DNA of 64,000 bases from Patescibacteria group bacterium (GTDB taxonomy: Bacteria > Patescibacteriota > Patescibacteriia > UBA1558 > GWA2-36-10), in assembly GCA_028718865.1 (NCBI GenBank), contig JAQUKX010000005.1, forward strand, positions 368-64,367, written 5' to 3'. Below, one piece after another: positions 1-9,517 of this stretch; position 1 is the first letter of the stretch, and every line of letters begins with the position of its first letter. Under the pieces are notes generated by a model. The model was not told the origin of the DNA, ran no database searches, and saw only the letters and a list, made by a program, of their open reading frames with translations. The translations under genes and the position numbers were made by a program.

Positions 1-33
1 TTCATAAACTATCAGACCATCAGCGCCAGCCCT

Positions 34-432
34 TTGAATCAAGAATCAGCCCAAACCACCCTCCGGCAAAAAATTACTGCCCATGGCTTGATTTTTGACC
101 AATCGGATTTGGTAAAAGCCAGTCAAGAAAAATTCCAAAACCAGCTGCAAGGCAATGAAGCTCTTTTGGATTTTGACGATAAAAACATCACTTATCGCGT
201 GCTGGAAATGAACAGTGAAAAAGGCGAAGTAATTTTGGAAGTAGCTGTTAGCGGCTTTATCAGCTCCCAGGCCGGCCACATTGCTGTTGACAAAGAAAAA
301 ATCATTGGCCTAAGCCAAGAGGAAATCGCCGCCTATCTCAATTCCGTAGGCATAGATCGCTTCCAAATTTATTTTTTCCCCCGCTGGCTCAAAACCGCTC
401 CCAAATTTACCGATCACATCATCATCAAATAA
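34..432 (+). CDS. hypothetical protein; reading frame is open to the window start, so the gene may be 5'-truncated by the window edge
   Basis: ORF track 34..432 starts at a TTG read as M. Upstream codons in frame from position 1 contain no stop. No recognisable domain. Confidence 0.4.
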   Translation: MNQESAQTTLRQKITAHGLIFDQSDLVKASQEKFQNQLQGNEALLDFDDKNITYRVLEMNSEKGEVILEVAVSGFISSQAGHIAVDKEKIIGLSQEEIAAYLNSVGIDRFQIYFFPRWLKTAPKFTDHIIIK

Positions 433-434
433 TT

Positions 435-462
435 TTGACTTTTTCCTTAAAATATATATAAT
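435..462 (+). promoter_or_regulatory. sigma70-like promoter TTGACT-N16-TATAAT upstream of the thrS leader
   Basis: TTGACT at 435-440 and TATAAT at 457-462, read directly from the sequence. Sits about 210 nt upstream of the thrS ATG. Confidence 0.4.
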
Positions 463-672
463 ATAAATAATCAGACGATTGAAATAGCTACCAACTATTT
501 TTTCTGGCCCAAAAGCCAAGAAACCCTATTTTGGGGCTAAGTCTAAAAAATGAAGTGCTCTCCTTCGCCAAGGCTAGGGAGGGAACTTGGGTGGAACCAT
601 CCCAAAATTTTTGGGATCCCAAGACAAGTATGTCTTGGGTTATTTTATTTTCATCAATAAAACAATAAAAAT
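463..672 (+). promoter_or_regulatory. T-box-like riboswitch leader of thrS, with terminator hairpin 618-639 followed by a T-run to about 651
   Basis: A 210-nt leader contains GGGTGGAACC (T-box core UGGN-ACC) about 25 nt upstream of an intrinsic terminator (cccaagaca-agta-tgtcttggg plus T-run). The T-box segment cttggg can pair with the 5' terminator arm cccaag, which is the classic antiterminator arrangement. An ACC Thr codon sits in a possible specifier region (gctACCaac). Confidence 0.5.
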
Positions 673-2427
673 ATGAACAAAGAAGAGAAATTGCATTGCC
701 AGCGCCATTCTCTATCGCACATCATGGCCACAGCTGTGCTAAAAAAATTCCCCAAAGCTAAATTGGGCATAGGTCCGGTAATAGACAATGGCTTTTATTA
801 TGATTTCCTTTTGCCGGAAAAAATATCCGACAGCGACTTGCCGGCCATAGAAAAAGAAATGCGAAAAATCATCAGCCAAAACATCAAATTTGAAAAAGAA
901 ATAGTCAGCCGCCAGGAAGCCCTCCAGCGGGAAAAAAATAATCTTTTCAAGGTGGAACTGATAAACGACCTGCCCAAAAACGAGGAAATCAGCTTTTACA
1001 AATCCGGTGATTTTGCCGATCTCTGCTCTGGTCCTCATGTCAAAAATAGCAAAGAAATAAACCCCAAAAGTTTCAAGCTCACTCATATTGCCGGCGCTTA
1101 TTGGCGGGGCGATGAAAAAAACCAAATGCTCACCCGCATTTACGGCCTGGCTTTTGACAGCCAAAAAGAACTGGAGACTTATTTGAAAATGCTGGAAGAA
1201 GCCCGAACAAGAGATCATCGTAAGCTGGGCAAAGAATTGGATTTATTTACTTTTTCCGAACTGGTCGGCTCTGGCATGCCACTCTATACTCCCAAAGGAG
1301 CAATAATCCGAAAAGAAATAATCAATTTCTCCAATCAACTGCAAAAAGCCATCGGCTTTCGTGAAGTGCATACTCCTCAGATAAACAAAGCTGAATTATT
1401 TCATGTCTCTGGGCATTATGAAAAATTCAAAGATGACATGATATCAGCTTCCTCTCATTACAGCCAAGATGAATTTTTCCTCAAGCCCATGAATTGCCCC
1501 CAGCATACCCAAATATACGCTTCTCAAAAAAGAAGCTATCGCGATCTGCCTATCAGATATTCTGATTTTGCCAATTTATTTCGAGATGAAAAGCCGGGCG
1601 AATTATCCGGCCTGACCAGATTGAGGTGCTTTTCCCAAGACGACGGCCATAGCTTCTGCCGTGAAGACCAAATTGAATCGGAATTCAAAAATATCTTGAG
1701 CGCAATAAATCAGGCGCTTGAAATATATGACATGAAATACTTCATCCGCTTATCTCTATGGGATCCAGAGCAAAAAGAAAAATATCTAGGCGATGAAAAA
1801 AACTGGGAAAAATCCCAAAAACTTCTGGAAAAGTTACTGAAAGAAAACCGGATAAATTACCAAGTAGCAATCGGCGAAGCGGCTTTTTATGGGCCGAAAA
1901 TGGATATAGTAGTCAAAGACGCTATTGGCCGAGACTGGCAGGTCTCTACCATCCAGCTTGATTTCAACATGCCAAAAAGATTCAAGTTAAGCTATACCGA
2001 CAAAGACAGTCAAGAAAAAACTCCCATAATGATACACCGCGCCATAGTCGGATCACCGGAAAGATTTATGGGCATATTGATAGAACACTACGGCGGTAAT
2101 TTCCCGCTATGGCTGGCTCCAGTCCAAGTCAAAATCCTCACTGTCGGCCAAAATCATATTGATTTTGCCCAAAAACTAGCGGAACAATTTATCAGCCAAG
2201 AAATCCGGGTGGAAATCGATGATAGCGATGAAACTGTCGGCAATAAAATCCGAAAAAGCGCCAAGGAAAAAATCCCCTACACATTGGTAATCGGCGACAA
2301 GGAAATGGGCTCTGATAAATTAGCCGTTCGGGTTCGTGGCCAAAAAGAGCTACTCAGTATTGATAGTCAAGAGTTTATCACCAAATTAAAATCCGCCATA
2401 AAAAACCGAAACTCAGAGCTTTTATAA
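673..2427 (+). CDS. thrS: threonyl-tRNA synthetase (N2 editing domain and class II core present; no N-terminal TGS domain)
   Basis: 584 aa with an N-terminal HxxxH editing motif (HCQRHSLSH) and class II aaRS motifs. The C-terminal anticodon-binding region matches ThrRS (HRAIVGSPERFMGILIEHYGGNFPLWLAP). Confidence 0.93.
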   Translation: MNKEEKLHCQRHSLSHIMATAVLKKFPKAKLGIGPVIDNGFYYDFLLPEKISDSDLPAIEKEMRKIISQNIKFEKEIVSRQEALQREKNNLFKVELINDLPKNEEISFYKSGDFADLCSGPHVKNSKEINPKSFKLTHIAGAYWRGDEKNQMLTRIYGLAFDSQKELETYLKMLEEARTRDHRKLGKELDLFTFSELVGSGMPLYTPKGAIIRKEIINFSNQLQKAIGFREVHTPQINKAELFHVSGHYEKFKDDMISASSHYSQDEFFLKPMNCPQHTQIYASQKRSYRDLPIRYSDFANLFRDEKPGELSGLTRLRCFSQDDGHSFCREDQIESEFKNILSAINQALEIYDMKYFIRLSLWDPEQKEKYLGDEKNWEKSQKLLEKLLKENRINYQVAIGEAAFYGPKMDIVVKDAIGRDWQVSTIQLDFNMPKRFKLSYTDKDSQEKTPIMIHRAIVGSPERFMGILIEHYGGNFPLWLAPVQVKILTVGQNHIDFAQKLAEQFISQEIRVEIDDSDETVGNKIRKSAKEKIPYTLVIGDKEMGSDKLAVRVRGQKELLSIDSQEFITKLKSAIKNRNSELL

Positions 2428-2476
2428 ATAACTGCTTTGATGCTATAATAAAAAAACTAAAAATTAAGGAAGAAAT

Positions 2477-3706
2477 ATGAATAAATTAAAGCTATTTTTA
2501 CCCTTAATGTTTTTTGCTTTGGCAATAATTGTTGCGCCACTTTTCTCTCAAGCCCAGGAAAACAGGGCTCTTGATATCATGCTTTTGGAATTTGAAAATG
2601 ACAAATTAAAAGCCGCCGACTTGGGCATAGAAGAGCCAAGAGTCCTGCCCGGTGATAGGTCTTATTGGTGGCAAATTTTTAAAGAAAATACCAGCTTGTT
2701 TTTCACTTTTAATCAGGAAAAAAAACTGGAAAAACTAGAAGAAATGAGTAGCCGCCGTTTGATAGAAGCGCAAAAGTTAGCGGAAAAAGGCACTTTAAAT
2801 GCCGCCCAAAATGTAGAGCTAGCGCTTAAGCGCTACCAAGAGCAAAGACAAAAAATGTACCAAAAATTCCAGGAGCGAGAAGACCTAAGGGGAAAAATGC
2901 TGGAAAATTTTGATGCTCAAGAATTGCGCCACAAAGAAATACTAAGTGCTGTGATAGAAAGATTAAGAAATCGCTTGCCAGAAAAACAAATAGAAGATTT
3001 TGAAAAAATAAACAAAGAAAATACTCTCAACTGGTATAATACTGATCCTGCTCAGATTCGCCAAAGATTAGAAAAATCCTTGGAACAAAACAGCCAAGGC
3101 AGTCAATTCAGGCAACTAAAAAATCTTCAACTCTTGGAAGAATTGGAAGAGACTTTGCCTGGACAAAATAAAGCTGATTTGGACAGCGCCAAAAGAAAAA
3201 TAGAGCAAAAAATGGCCGACAAACTACGCAATCTTTCTAACGAAGAAGAAATCAAATTGGAAAAATACATTGAAAACATCCCTGCCTCTGAACTAAGAAA
3301 ACAGCAAATGCTGGAAAATATTCAAGCCAGCGAAATAATCCCCGCCGCTGTTCGCCAAAAAATGGCCGAGGTCAGTCAAAATTATGCTCAAAGAATCAGG
3401 CAAGAATTTGCCCAAATGAGCGAAGAAGAAAAAACCAGATTTCTTGAGCAAATAAAAGACAAGGCTCATCCGGTTTATCTGCAATTTTTGGAAAATAGTG
3501 ACATTCCTCCGGCTTTGAGTGAATATGCCCAAGAGCTAAGAGAAAGACAGGAGCTGCAAATCAGGGAAAAAATCCAGCAAACCCAAGACCCCGTCAAACT
3601 ACGAGCTTTAGAAAACAGCCTGGAAAATTATCCGGCTTTAAGAAGGCAAATTCAAGAACAAAGACAACAGCTTGCGCCGACCAGTCCCAGCGTCAGAAAC
3701 CAATAA
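2477..3706 (+). CDS. secreted coiled-coil protein of unknown function
   Basis: N-terminal signal peptide (MNKLKLFLPLMFFALAIIVAPLFSQAQE). The rest is E/K/Q/L-rich with heptad-like low complexity. An RBS AAGGAAG lies upstream. Confidence 0.55.
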   Translation: MNKLKLFLPLMFFALAIIVAPLFSQAQENRALDIMLLEFENDKLKAADLGIEEPRVLPGDRSYWWQIFKENTSLFFTFNQEKKLEKLEEMSSRRLIEAQKLAEKGTLNAAQNVELALKRYQEQRQKMYQKFQEREDLRGKMLENFDAQELRHKEILSAVIERLRNRLPEKQIEDFEKINKENTLNWYNTDPAQIRQRLEKSLEQNSQGSQFRQLKNLQLLEELEETLPGQNKADLDSAKRKIEQKMADKLRNLSNEEEIKLEKYIENIPASELRKQQMLENIQASEIIPAAVRQKMAEVSQNYAQRIRQEFAQMSEEEKTRFLEQIKDKAHPVYLQFLENSDIPPALSEYAQELRERQELQIREKIQQTQDPVKLRALENSLENYPALRRQIQEQRQQLAPTSPSVRNQ

Positions 3707-3725
3707 ATTTATTTAGAAAAATCAA

Positions 3726-3762
3726 ATCAGCCCGGCGTATGCTGGGTTGATTTTTTATACTG
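3726..3762 (+). terminator. intrinsic terminator after the coiled-coil gene
   Basis: Hairpin cagcccggcgtatgctgggttg followed by ATTTTTT. Confidence 0.45.
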
Positions 3763-3784
3763 AAATATATACAATTGATCTGCT

Positions 3785-5815
3785 ATGAAAAATCGTCAAA
3801 AAAAATTCCATTTGATTATATTCGGTTGTCAGATGAATCAATCTGACGCTGAAAGACTGGCTACGGTTTTAAAAAGCCTCGGCTATAGAGAAACCAACAA
3901 AGAAAATGAAGCTGATCTGATAGCAATAGTGGCTTGTTCAGTTCGCCAAGCTTCCGTTGATAGGCTATACGGGCAGTTGCGTAATTGGCAACTAGTCAAA
4001 GAAAAAAGACCATTAATTACCCTCTTGGCTGGCTGTGTTCTGGAGCGCGACCAAAAAAAACTCAAAGACAAATTTGATATTTTTATTGATATTAAAAATC
4101 TCCATAAGCTAGCTGATCAATTAAGTCGCCTAGCTCCCGAACAAAAAATAGCTCTGCCTGATTTTTTTGACATTTCCCCCAGCTATCAATCCAACTACCG
4201 AGCTTATGTGCCAATTATGACTGGTTGCAACAAATTTTGCTCTTATTGCGCTGTGCCCTACACTCGTGGCCGAGAAACTTCCCGTCCGTCTCAGGCAATA
4301 ATTGCCGAAGTCAAAAATCTCCTTGAAAAAGGTTATAAAGAAATAATACTACTAGGCCAAAACGTCAACAGCTACGGCAAAGACTTGGTCAAAAAAGGCA
4401 AAAAAGAGCTGACTTTCCCTGAGTTGCTTTTGCAAATAGACTCATTGACTGATCATTTCTGGCTCAAGTTTTTGACCAGCCATCCCTATGATATGAGCGA
4501 TGAGCTAATTGAGACTATGGCCAAAGGCAAAAACTTGAACCACTATCTTCATTTGCCTGTCCAAAGCGGCTCAAACAAAATCCTCAAAAAAATGAATAGG
4601 CATTACAGTGTTTCTCAATATACAAAACTGATCAAAAAAATCCGCCACCAAATGCCCGAGATTGCCCTTTCCACTGACATTATAGTTGGCTTTTGCTCGG
4701 AAAAAGAAAAAGATTTTCAAGCCACCATCAATCTAGCCAAGAATATAAAATTCAATCTAGCTTATATTGGCCAGTATTCTGCCCGCGCTGGTACAGTAGC
4801 TCAGCGTCTTTATCAAGACGATGTGCCCAAAAAAATCAAAAGCGCTCGCTGGCAAAAACTGAACAAAATAATTGAACAGCAATCTTTGGCTTTTAATAAA
4901 AGCTTAATTGGCCAAACAAAAGAAGTGCTGATAGATAAAAGCCAAAAACAAAACGGCCACTATATCAATTTTGGCCGTTTGGCTAATTATGTTTCTGTAG
5001 CAATCAAAACTCAAAAACCTTTGTCTGTCGGCCAATTTTATCAGGTAAAAATAAAAAGCGCTTTAGCTTGGGGATTAAATGCTGAACTTTATCAAAAACC
5101 CAAAATTGTCGTAGTCTTAGGACCAACGGCCAGTGGCAAATCTGCTCTGGCAGTCAAAATTGCCAAAGATTTTTCTGGGGAAATAATCTCCGCTGATAGC
5201 CGGCAAATTTATAAAGGCCTCAATATTGCCAGCAACAAAATCAGCCAAAGAGAAATGTCTGGCATCCCTCATTATCTCTTAGATATAGTTTATCCTAATC
5301 AAGAATACAATCTCTACAATTGGCAACAAGACACTTTCCAGGTAATAGAAAAAATATTAGCCAAGGGCAAACTACCTATAATTGCCGGTGGTACTGGCCT
5401 CTATATTTCCTCTATTTTACAAAATTATGATTTAGATCCTCAAAATCCGCGTCAACAAACTTGCCCTTATGATTTTGTAGTTTTTGGTATTTCTCCTGAA
5501 AGAAATCAGCTCTATGAAAAAATAAATAAGCGAGTAGAAAAAATGATAGCTGACGGCTCTATAGAAGAAACAAAAAAAATTTATAAAAAATACAAAAATA
5601 AAAAACTGCCGGCTTTAAGTGGTATTGGCTATAAAGAAATTATCCAATATTTAGATGGAAAAATCAGTTTAGAAAACGCTATAGCCAAAATCCAACAAAA
5701 CACTCGCCATTATGCCAAAAGGCAAATGACCTGGTTCCGCAAAATGGAAAAAGAAGGCCTAAAAATATACTGGAATCTCAAATACAGCCAAATTAAAAAA
5801 GAATTAAAAAAATAA
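3785..5815 (+). CDS. miaB-miaA: bifunctional fusion: N-terminal MiaB-like radical-SAM methylthiotransferase joined to C-terminal MiaA tRNA dimethylallyltransferase
   Basis: Residues 1 to about 430 carry an MTTase N-domain (FHLIIFGCQMNQSDAE), a radical-SAM CxxxCxxC (CNKFCSYCAVPYTRG) and a TRAM-like end. Residues from about 437 to 676 carry the MiaA P-loop and signature (VVLGPTASGKSALAV...ISADSRQIYKGLNIASNK...PHYLLDI...IIAGGTGLY) in one uninterrupted ORF. Confidence 0.85.
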   Translation: MKNRQKKFHLIIFGCQMNQSDAERLATVLKSLGYRETNKENEADLIAIVACSVRQASVDRLYGQLRNWQLVKEKRPLITLLAGCVLERDQKKLKDKFDIFIDIKNLHKLADQLSRLAPEQKIALPDFFDISPSYQSNYRAYVPIMTGCNKFCSYCAVPYTRGRETSRPSQAIIAEVKNLLEKGYKEIILLGQNVNSYGKDLVKKGKKELTFPELLLQIDSLTDHFWLKFLTSHPYDMSDELIETMAKGKNLNHYLHLPVQSGSNKILKKMNRHYSVSQYTKLIKKIRHQMPEIALSTDIIVGFCSEKEKDFQATINLAKNIKFNLAYIGQYSARAGTVAQRLYQDDVPKKIKSARWQKLNKIIEQQSLAFNKSLIGQTKEVLIDKSQKQNGHYINFGRLANYVSVAIKTQKPLSVGQFYQVKIKSALAWGLNAELYQKPKIVVVLGPTASGKSALAVKIAKDFSGEIISADSRQIYKGLNIASNKISQREMSGIPHYLLDIVYPNQEYNLYNWQQDTFQVIEKILAKGKLPIIAGGTGLYISSILQNYDLDPQNPRQQTCPYDFVVFGISPERNQLYEKINKRVEKMIADGSIEETKKIYKKYKNKKLPALSGIGYKEIIQYLDGKISLENAIAKIQQNTRHYAKRQMTWFRKMEKEGLKIYWNLKYSQIKKELKK

Positions 5816-5838
5816 GCGTTTATAAACGCTTATTTTAA
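5813..5838. terminator. bidirectional palindromic terminator between miaBA (+) and gatB (-)
   Basis: Perfect palindrome aagcgtttataaacgctt flanked by A and T runs. Confidence 0.5.
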
Positions 5839-7344
5839 CTTTTTCTTTAATATTTCTTCAATTTTCTTCGGATTGGCCTTGCCTTTTGATTCTTTCATTA
5901 CCTGTCCGACCAAAAACTGCAAAACAGCTGTCTTACCCTGACGATATTGCTCAGCCTGATCAGGAAAAAGCACCAATACTCTCATTACAATACCTTCTAA
6001 AGTAGTATCATCCTCAATTTGCGCCAAATCCAAACGCTCGGCAACCCGACTAGGATCATCATCAGTGCCCTGAAACATTTCTTTGAGAATAATTTGTCCA
6101 GCTGAGCTGTTTATTTTTTTCTCATAAACTAAATATACTAGCTCCGCCATATTCTCGGCACTAATTTTTAATTTTTCCATTTTAAAATGGGCTCCCAAAA
6201 GTGAAAAAAGCTCGCTACTAATCCAATTATAAGCCAGTTTAGCTAATTTTTTCTTATGCTCTTGCCACAGCTTGGCGGCCTGATCACTTTCTGGATAAGC
6301 GCCTTTGGCCTTAAAAAGCCAAGCCCGCAAGTCAGACATTACTCCCTCATAATAATTAGCCCAGTCCTTTTGCCTGATAAGCACCCAAGCGTCTTTGGCA
6401 CTTAAGCCGTATTCTCTGATAAACCTTTCTTTTTTGACCAGGGGTAATTCGCCTAGTTGATTTTTGGTTCTTTGCAAAAACTCGTCCGAGATTAACAAGG
6501 GCGGTAAATCCGGCTCGGGAAAATAACGGTAGTCACTTGAACCTTCTTTGCTTCTTTGGGCAACTGTCTGCTTTTTATCTTCATCCCAACCCCGAGTCTC
6601 GGTTTTTTTGGGAGCTTTTTTCTCCTGCCAAAGCTTGGTCTGCCTTTTTTCTTCAAACTCCAAAGCTCTTTGCACTGCCTTAAAAGAATTAAGATTTTTT
6701 ATCTCTGTTTTAGGATAAAGCTTGGTGTCGCTTAGTGGCCGAAGAGAAATATTGGCATCGCATCTTAGCTGGCCTTTTTCCATATCAGCATCTGACACTC
6801 CCAAATATCTAGCTGTTAATCGGAGTTGTTCCAAAAAAAGACGAGCATCCTCAGGACGACGAATGTCAGGCTTAGTAACTATCTCCGCTAAAGGCACTCC
6901 CCCGCGATTGAAATCTACAAAAGTTTCTTCTTTCTCATGAATATTTTTAGCCGCATCTTCTTCCAAATGCAGACGTTCTATACCCAAGCTCCAATTGTCG
7001 CCATTTTCTCTTTCTATCACAAAAAATCCTTCATCAGCCAATGGTTCATCAAATTGAGAAATCTGATAACCTTTAGGCAAATCCGGATAAAAATAATTTT
7101 TGCGGTCAAATTTTGATTTTTTTCTAATCTGACAATTTAAAGCCAAAGCCATCATCAATCCCATTTTGACTGCTTCTTTATTTAGAGCTGGTAAAGTGCC
7201 GGGATGACCTAGGCAAATTGGGCAGACCAAAGTATTGGGCGCTTGATTTTGAGCATCATTGGCGCAAGCACAAAACATCTTGCTTTTGGTTTTGAGTTGC
7301 AAGTGAATTTCTAATCCAATAATTGTCTCAAATTTATTTGGCAT
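5830..7344 (-). CDS. gatB: Asp/Glu-tRNA amidotransferase subunit B
   Basis: 504 aa. The N-terminus MPNKFETIIGLEIHLQL...CPICLGHPGTLP is the GatB signature. Confidence 0.93.
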   Translation of the reverse strand: MPNKFETIIGLEIHLQLKTKSKMFCACANDAQNQAPNTLVCPICLGHPGTLPALNKEAVKMGLMMALALNCQIRKKSKFDRKNYFYPDLPKGYQISQFDEPLADEGFFVIERENGDNWSLGIERLHLEEDAAKNIHEKEETFVDFNRGGVPLAEIVTKPDIRRPEDARLFLEQLRLTARYLGVSDADMEKGQLRCDANISLRPLSDTKLYPKTEIKNLNSFKAVQRALEFEEKRQTKLWQEKKAPKKTETRGWDEDKKQTVAQRSKEGSSDYRYFPEPDLPPLLISDEFLQRTKNQLGELPLVKKERFIREYGLSAKDAWVLIRQKDWANYYEGVMSDLRAWLFKAKGAYPESDQAAKLWQEHKKKLAKLAYNWISSELFSLLGAHFKMEKLKISAENMAELVYLVYEKKINSSAGQIILKEMFQGTDDDPSRVAERLDLAQIEDDTTLEGIVMRVLVLFPDQAEQYRQGKTAVLQFLVGQVMKESKGKANPKKIEEILKKKLK

Positions 7345-7379
7345 ATTATCTTAAAACTATGATTATAAGTCCTAAATTA

Positions 7380-8003
7380 TTAACTACCAGCTATCTTATT
7401 CACTTCTTCTTTTATCTGCTCAAAAATATCCTCAATACTGCCGATAGCTGACATTTTCACCCAATTTTTATTTTCTTCTGCCTGCTCTAAATAACCAGCT
7501 CTCACTGCTTGGTGGAATTCTTTTCTTTCATTATCTAGTCTATCATGTTTTTCACCTCTTAGTCTATCAGCTGCTTCTTCTGGAGAAATGTCCAAATAAA
7601 TCACCAAGTCCGGCTCCAAATCCTGCTTGGCCCAATTATTTATGTTTTTTATTTCTGCCAAATCCAATTGACGGGCTGCTCCCTGGTAAGCAAAAGTAGA
7701 GCCATCAAAACGATCACACAAAACTATCTTACCCTGCTCTAAAGCCGGACTAACTACCTCCGCTACATGCTGAGCTCGGGCAGCCAAAAAAAGCAGCAGT
7801 TCAGTGCGAGCTTCCATTTCCTTGTGGCTTTTATCCAAAATAATTTCCCGGATCTTTTCCGCAATCACTGATCCTGTGCCTCCTGGCTCTCGGGTCAAAA
7901 GCACGCTTTTACCTTGTTTTTGCAAATAATCAGCCAAAAGCTTTATTTGCGTACTTTTACCCGATTTTTCTCCCCCTTCAAAAACTATAAATTTACCTAC
8001 CAT
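7380..8003 (-). CDS. tmk: thymidylate kinase
   Basis: P-loop FEGGEKSGKSTQ plus LTREPGGT and DRF motifs typical of dTMP kinase. Confidence 0.9.
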   Translation of the reverse strand: MVGKFIVFEGGEKSGKSTQIKLLADYLQKQGKSVLLTREPGGTGSVIAEKIREIILDKSHKEMEARTELLLFLAARAQHVAEVVSPALEQGKIVLCDRFDGSTFAYQGAARQLDLAEIKNINNWAKQDLEPDLVIYLDISPEEAADRLRGEKHDRLDNERKEFHQAVRAGYLEQAEENKNWVKMSAIGSIEDIFEQIKEEVNKIAGS

Positions 8004-8132
8004 CTTTTTATTTATTTTATCATTGTTTTATAAGTAAAAATTTTTGACCAATGATCCTGAGCGATCCTGAGCTTGCGAGGGAGAGTCAAGGGGTAAAGAC
8101 TATAAATTTTTCTGGCATATTTTACTTAATTT

Positions 8133-8203
8133 CGCTAATTTACTTACCCTGGACGCGACTTCTGCGCTAGCAGCTTAGAGCGGACAGGGTAAGTAAATTA
8201 GCG
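8133..8203. repeat. long inverted repeat (19-bp perfect arms, about 33-nt loop) in the dut-tmk intergenic region
   Basis: cgctaatttacttaccctg (8133-8151) and its exact reverse complement cagggtaagtaaattagcg (8185-8203). The tandem direct repeat gatcctgagc x2 lies at about 8052-8071. Confidence 0.5.
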
Positions 8204-8211
8204 ATTATATT

Positions 8212-8634
8212 TTAATATCCACTGGAAGCAAAACGATTTTCTCCCCTATTTGTCTCATCTAACTCCTCTGCTTCCTCTATTTCTACATCTTCGTGTCTGG
8301 CAATTATCATCTGGCAAATTCGGTCGCCTTTTTTTATATTATAAATTTCTTTCCCCAAATTAATTATAATTATTTGCACTTCACCACGATAATTGGAATC
8401 AAACACTCCGCCCATAGTATGCAAACTGTGCTTGGCAGCCAAACCGCTACGGTCTCGGACATTGCCCCAATAACCCCTAGGAATTGCAATAGCCATGCCA
8501 GTTTCAACTATAATAGTCTGCCCAGGGGAAAGCTGATAATCTTTGTAACTATAAAAATCCATAGCCGCATCACCCTCTTTGAGCATCTGGGGCAATTGAG
8601 CGTCTGGATATAATTTTTTGGCTTTAATTTTCAT
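8212..8634 (-). CDS. dut: dUTP diphosphatase
   Basis: dUTPase motifs (AAMDFYS, GLAAKHSL, GVFDSNYRGEV, GDRICQMII). Confidence 0.88.
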   Translation of the reverse strand: MKIKAKKLYPDAQLPQMLKEGDAAMDFYSYKDYQLSPGQTIIVETGMAIAIPRGYWGNVRDRSGLAAKHSLHTMGGVFDSNYRGEVQIIIINLGKEIYNIKKGDRICQMIIARHEDVEIEEAEELDETNRGENRFASSGY

Positions 8635-9007
8635 CAGGCAAATCTTCTAAATATTTTATTACTTTATCTAAAATCGCATCGCCGGCTTCTATATCTTCCG
8701 GTCTAGTTCTGGGCAATTCTCCAAATTCCTTTGCACCATAATATTTTATAAAATCTTTTACTTCTTTTTTTAAAGCATCTTCCTTGCCATCGGGTAAATG
8801 ATCTTCCATAAAAAAAGACAAGCCCAATATCAAAGACTGAAACCAACCTCCTTTTCTCACTTTGAACACATTATTCTGATGAGTACTATGGATAATTTCC
8901 TCGGGTATTTCATTGCTATAATCATTTTTCAGAGTAAAAAATAAGCGCCTCATCTCTTCTGAGCTTTGAAATTTATCTTTATTTTCTATACCTGGCATTC
9001 TTTCCAT
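8624..9007 (-). CDS. hypothetical protein inside the thymidylate operon
   Basis: 127-aa ORF with no recognisable motif. Overlaps dut by 11 nt and sits between folA and dut, so it is probably co-transcribed. Confidence 0.45.
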   Translation of the reverse strand: MERMPGIENKDKFQSSEEMRRLFFTLKNDYSNEIPEEIIHSTHQNNVFKVRKGGWFQSLILGLSFFMEDHLPDGKEDALKKEVKDFIKYYGAKEFGELPRTRPEDIEAGDAILDKVIKYLEDLPDEN

Positions 9008-9017
9008 ATTAGTAAAA

Positions 9018-9497
9018 TTATTTGCTTAATTCTAAATATTTAAATTTTATACCCTCATGCTCTTGAACTGGCGACTCTGATATTATGTTTTTAAATTCAC
9101 TATAATCAGGAAAATAAGTATCCGCCGGATAAACTGCATCAATAATAGTCAAATAAAGTTTGTCAGCGTATTTGATGGATTGAGCGTAAATAGAGGCACC
9201 GCCTATAAAAAAAACTTCTTCGTCTCCGCTTTGTTTGGCATATTCAAGCGCCTCTTCTAAAGAATACATTACTTTGGCATCAACTATTTTAAAATCGGGG
9301 TCTTTGGTCAAAACTATATTTTCTCTATTGGGAAGTGCTCTACCCATAGACTGATAAGTGGTTTGACCCATTATCACCATATGGCCACTGGTAATGGCTT
9401 TGAAGTGCTTCAAATCAGGGGGCAAATGCACCAGCAGTTTATTCTGATATCCTATGCCCCTGTCTCGGGCAATAGCAGCTATAAGGCTTACTGTCAT
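9018..9497 (-). CDS. folA: dihydrofolate reductase
   Basis: DHFR N-terminus (SLIAAIARDRGIGYQNKLLVHLPPDLKHFK...IMGQTTYQS). Confidence 0.9.
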   Translation of the reverse strand: MTVSLIAAIARDRGIGYQNKLLVHLPPDLKHFKAITSGHMVIMGQTTYQSMGRALPNRENIVLTKDPDFKIVDAKVMYSLEEALEYAKQSGDEEVFFIGGASIYAQSIKYADKLYLTIIDAVYPADTYFPDYSEFKNIISESPVQEHEGIKFKYLELSK

Positions 9498-9517
9498 AAT
9501 TTATATATTGTTTATTA

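Noticed and set aside
739-1218. 159-aa minus-strand ORF antisense to thrS, and the similar 42145..42909 (-) ORF inside clpC.
   Set aside because: Each is embedded in a strongly supported conserved gene on the opposite strand. Both have phenylalanine/serine-rich, unstructured composition typical of antisense frames in AT-rich DNA.
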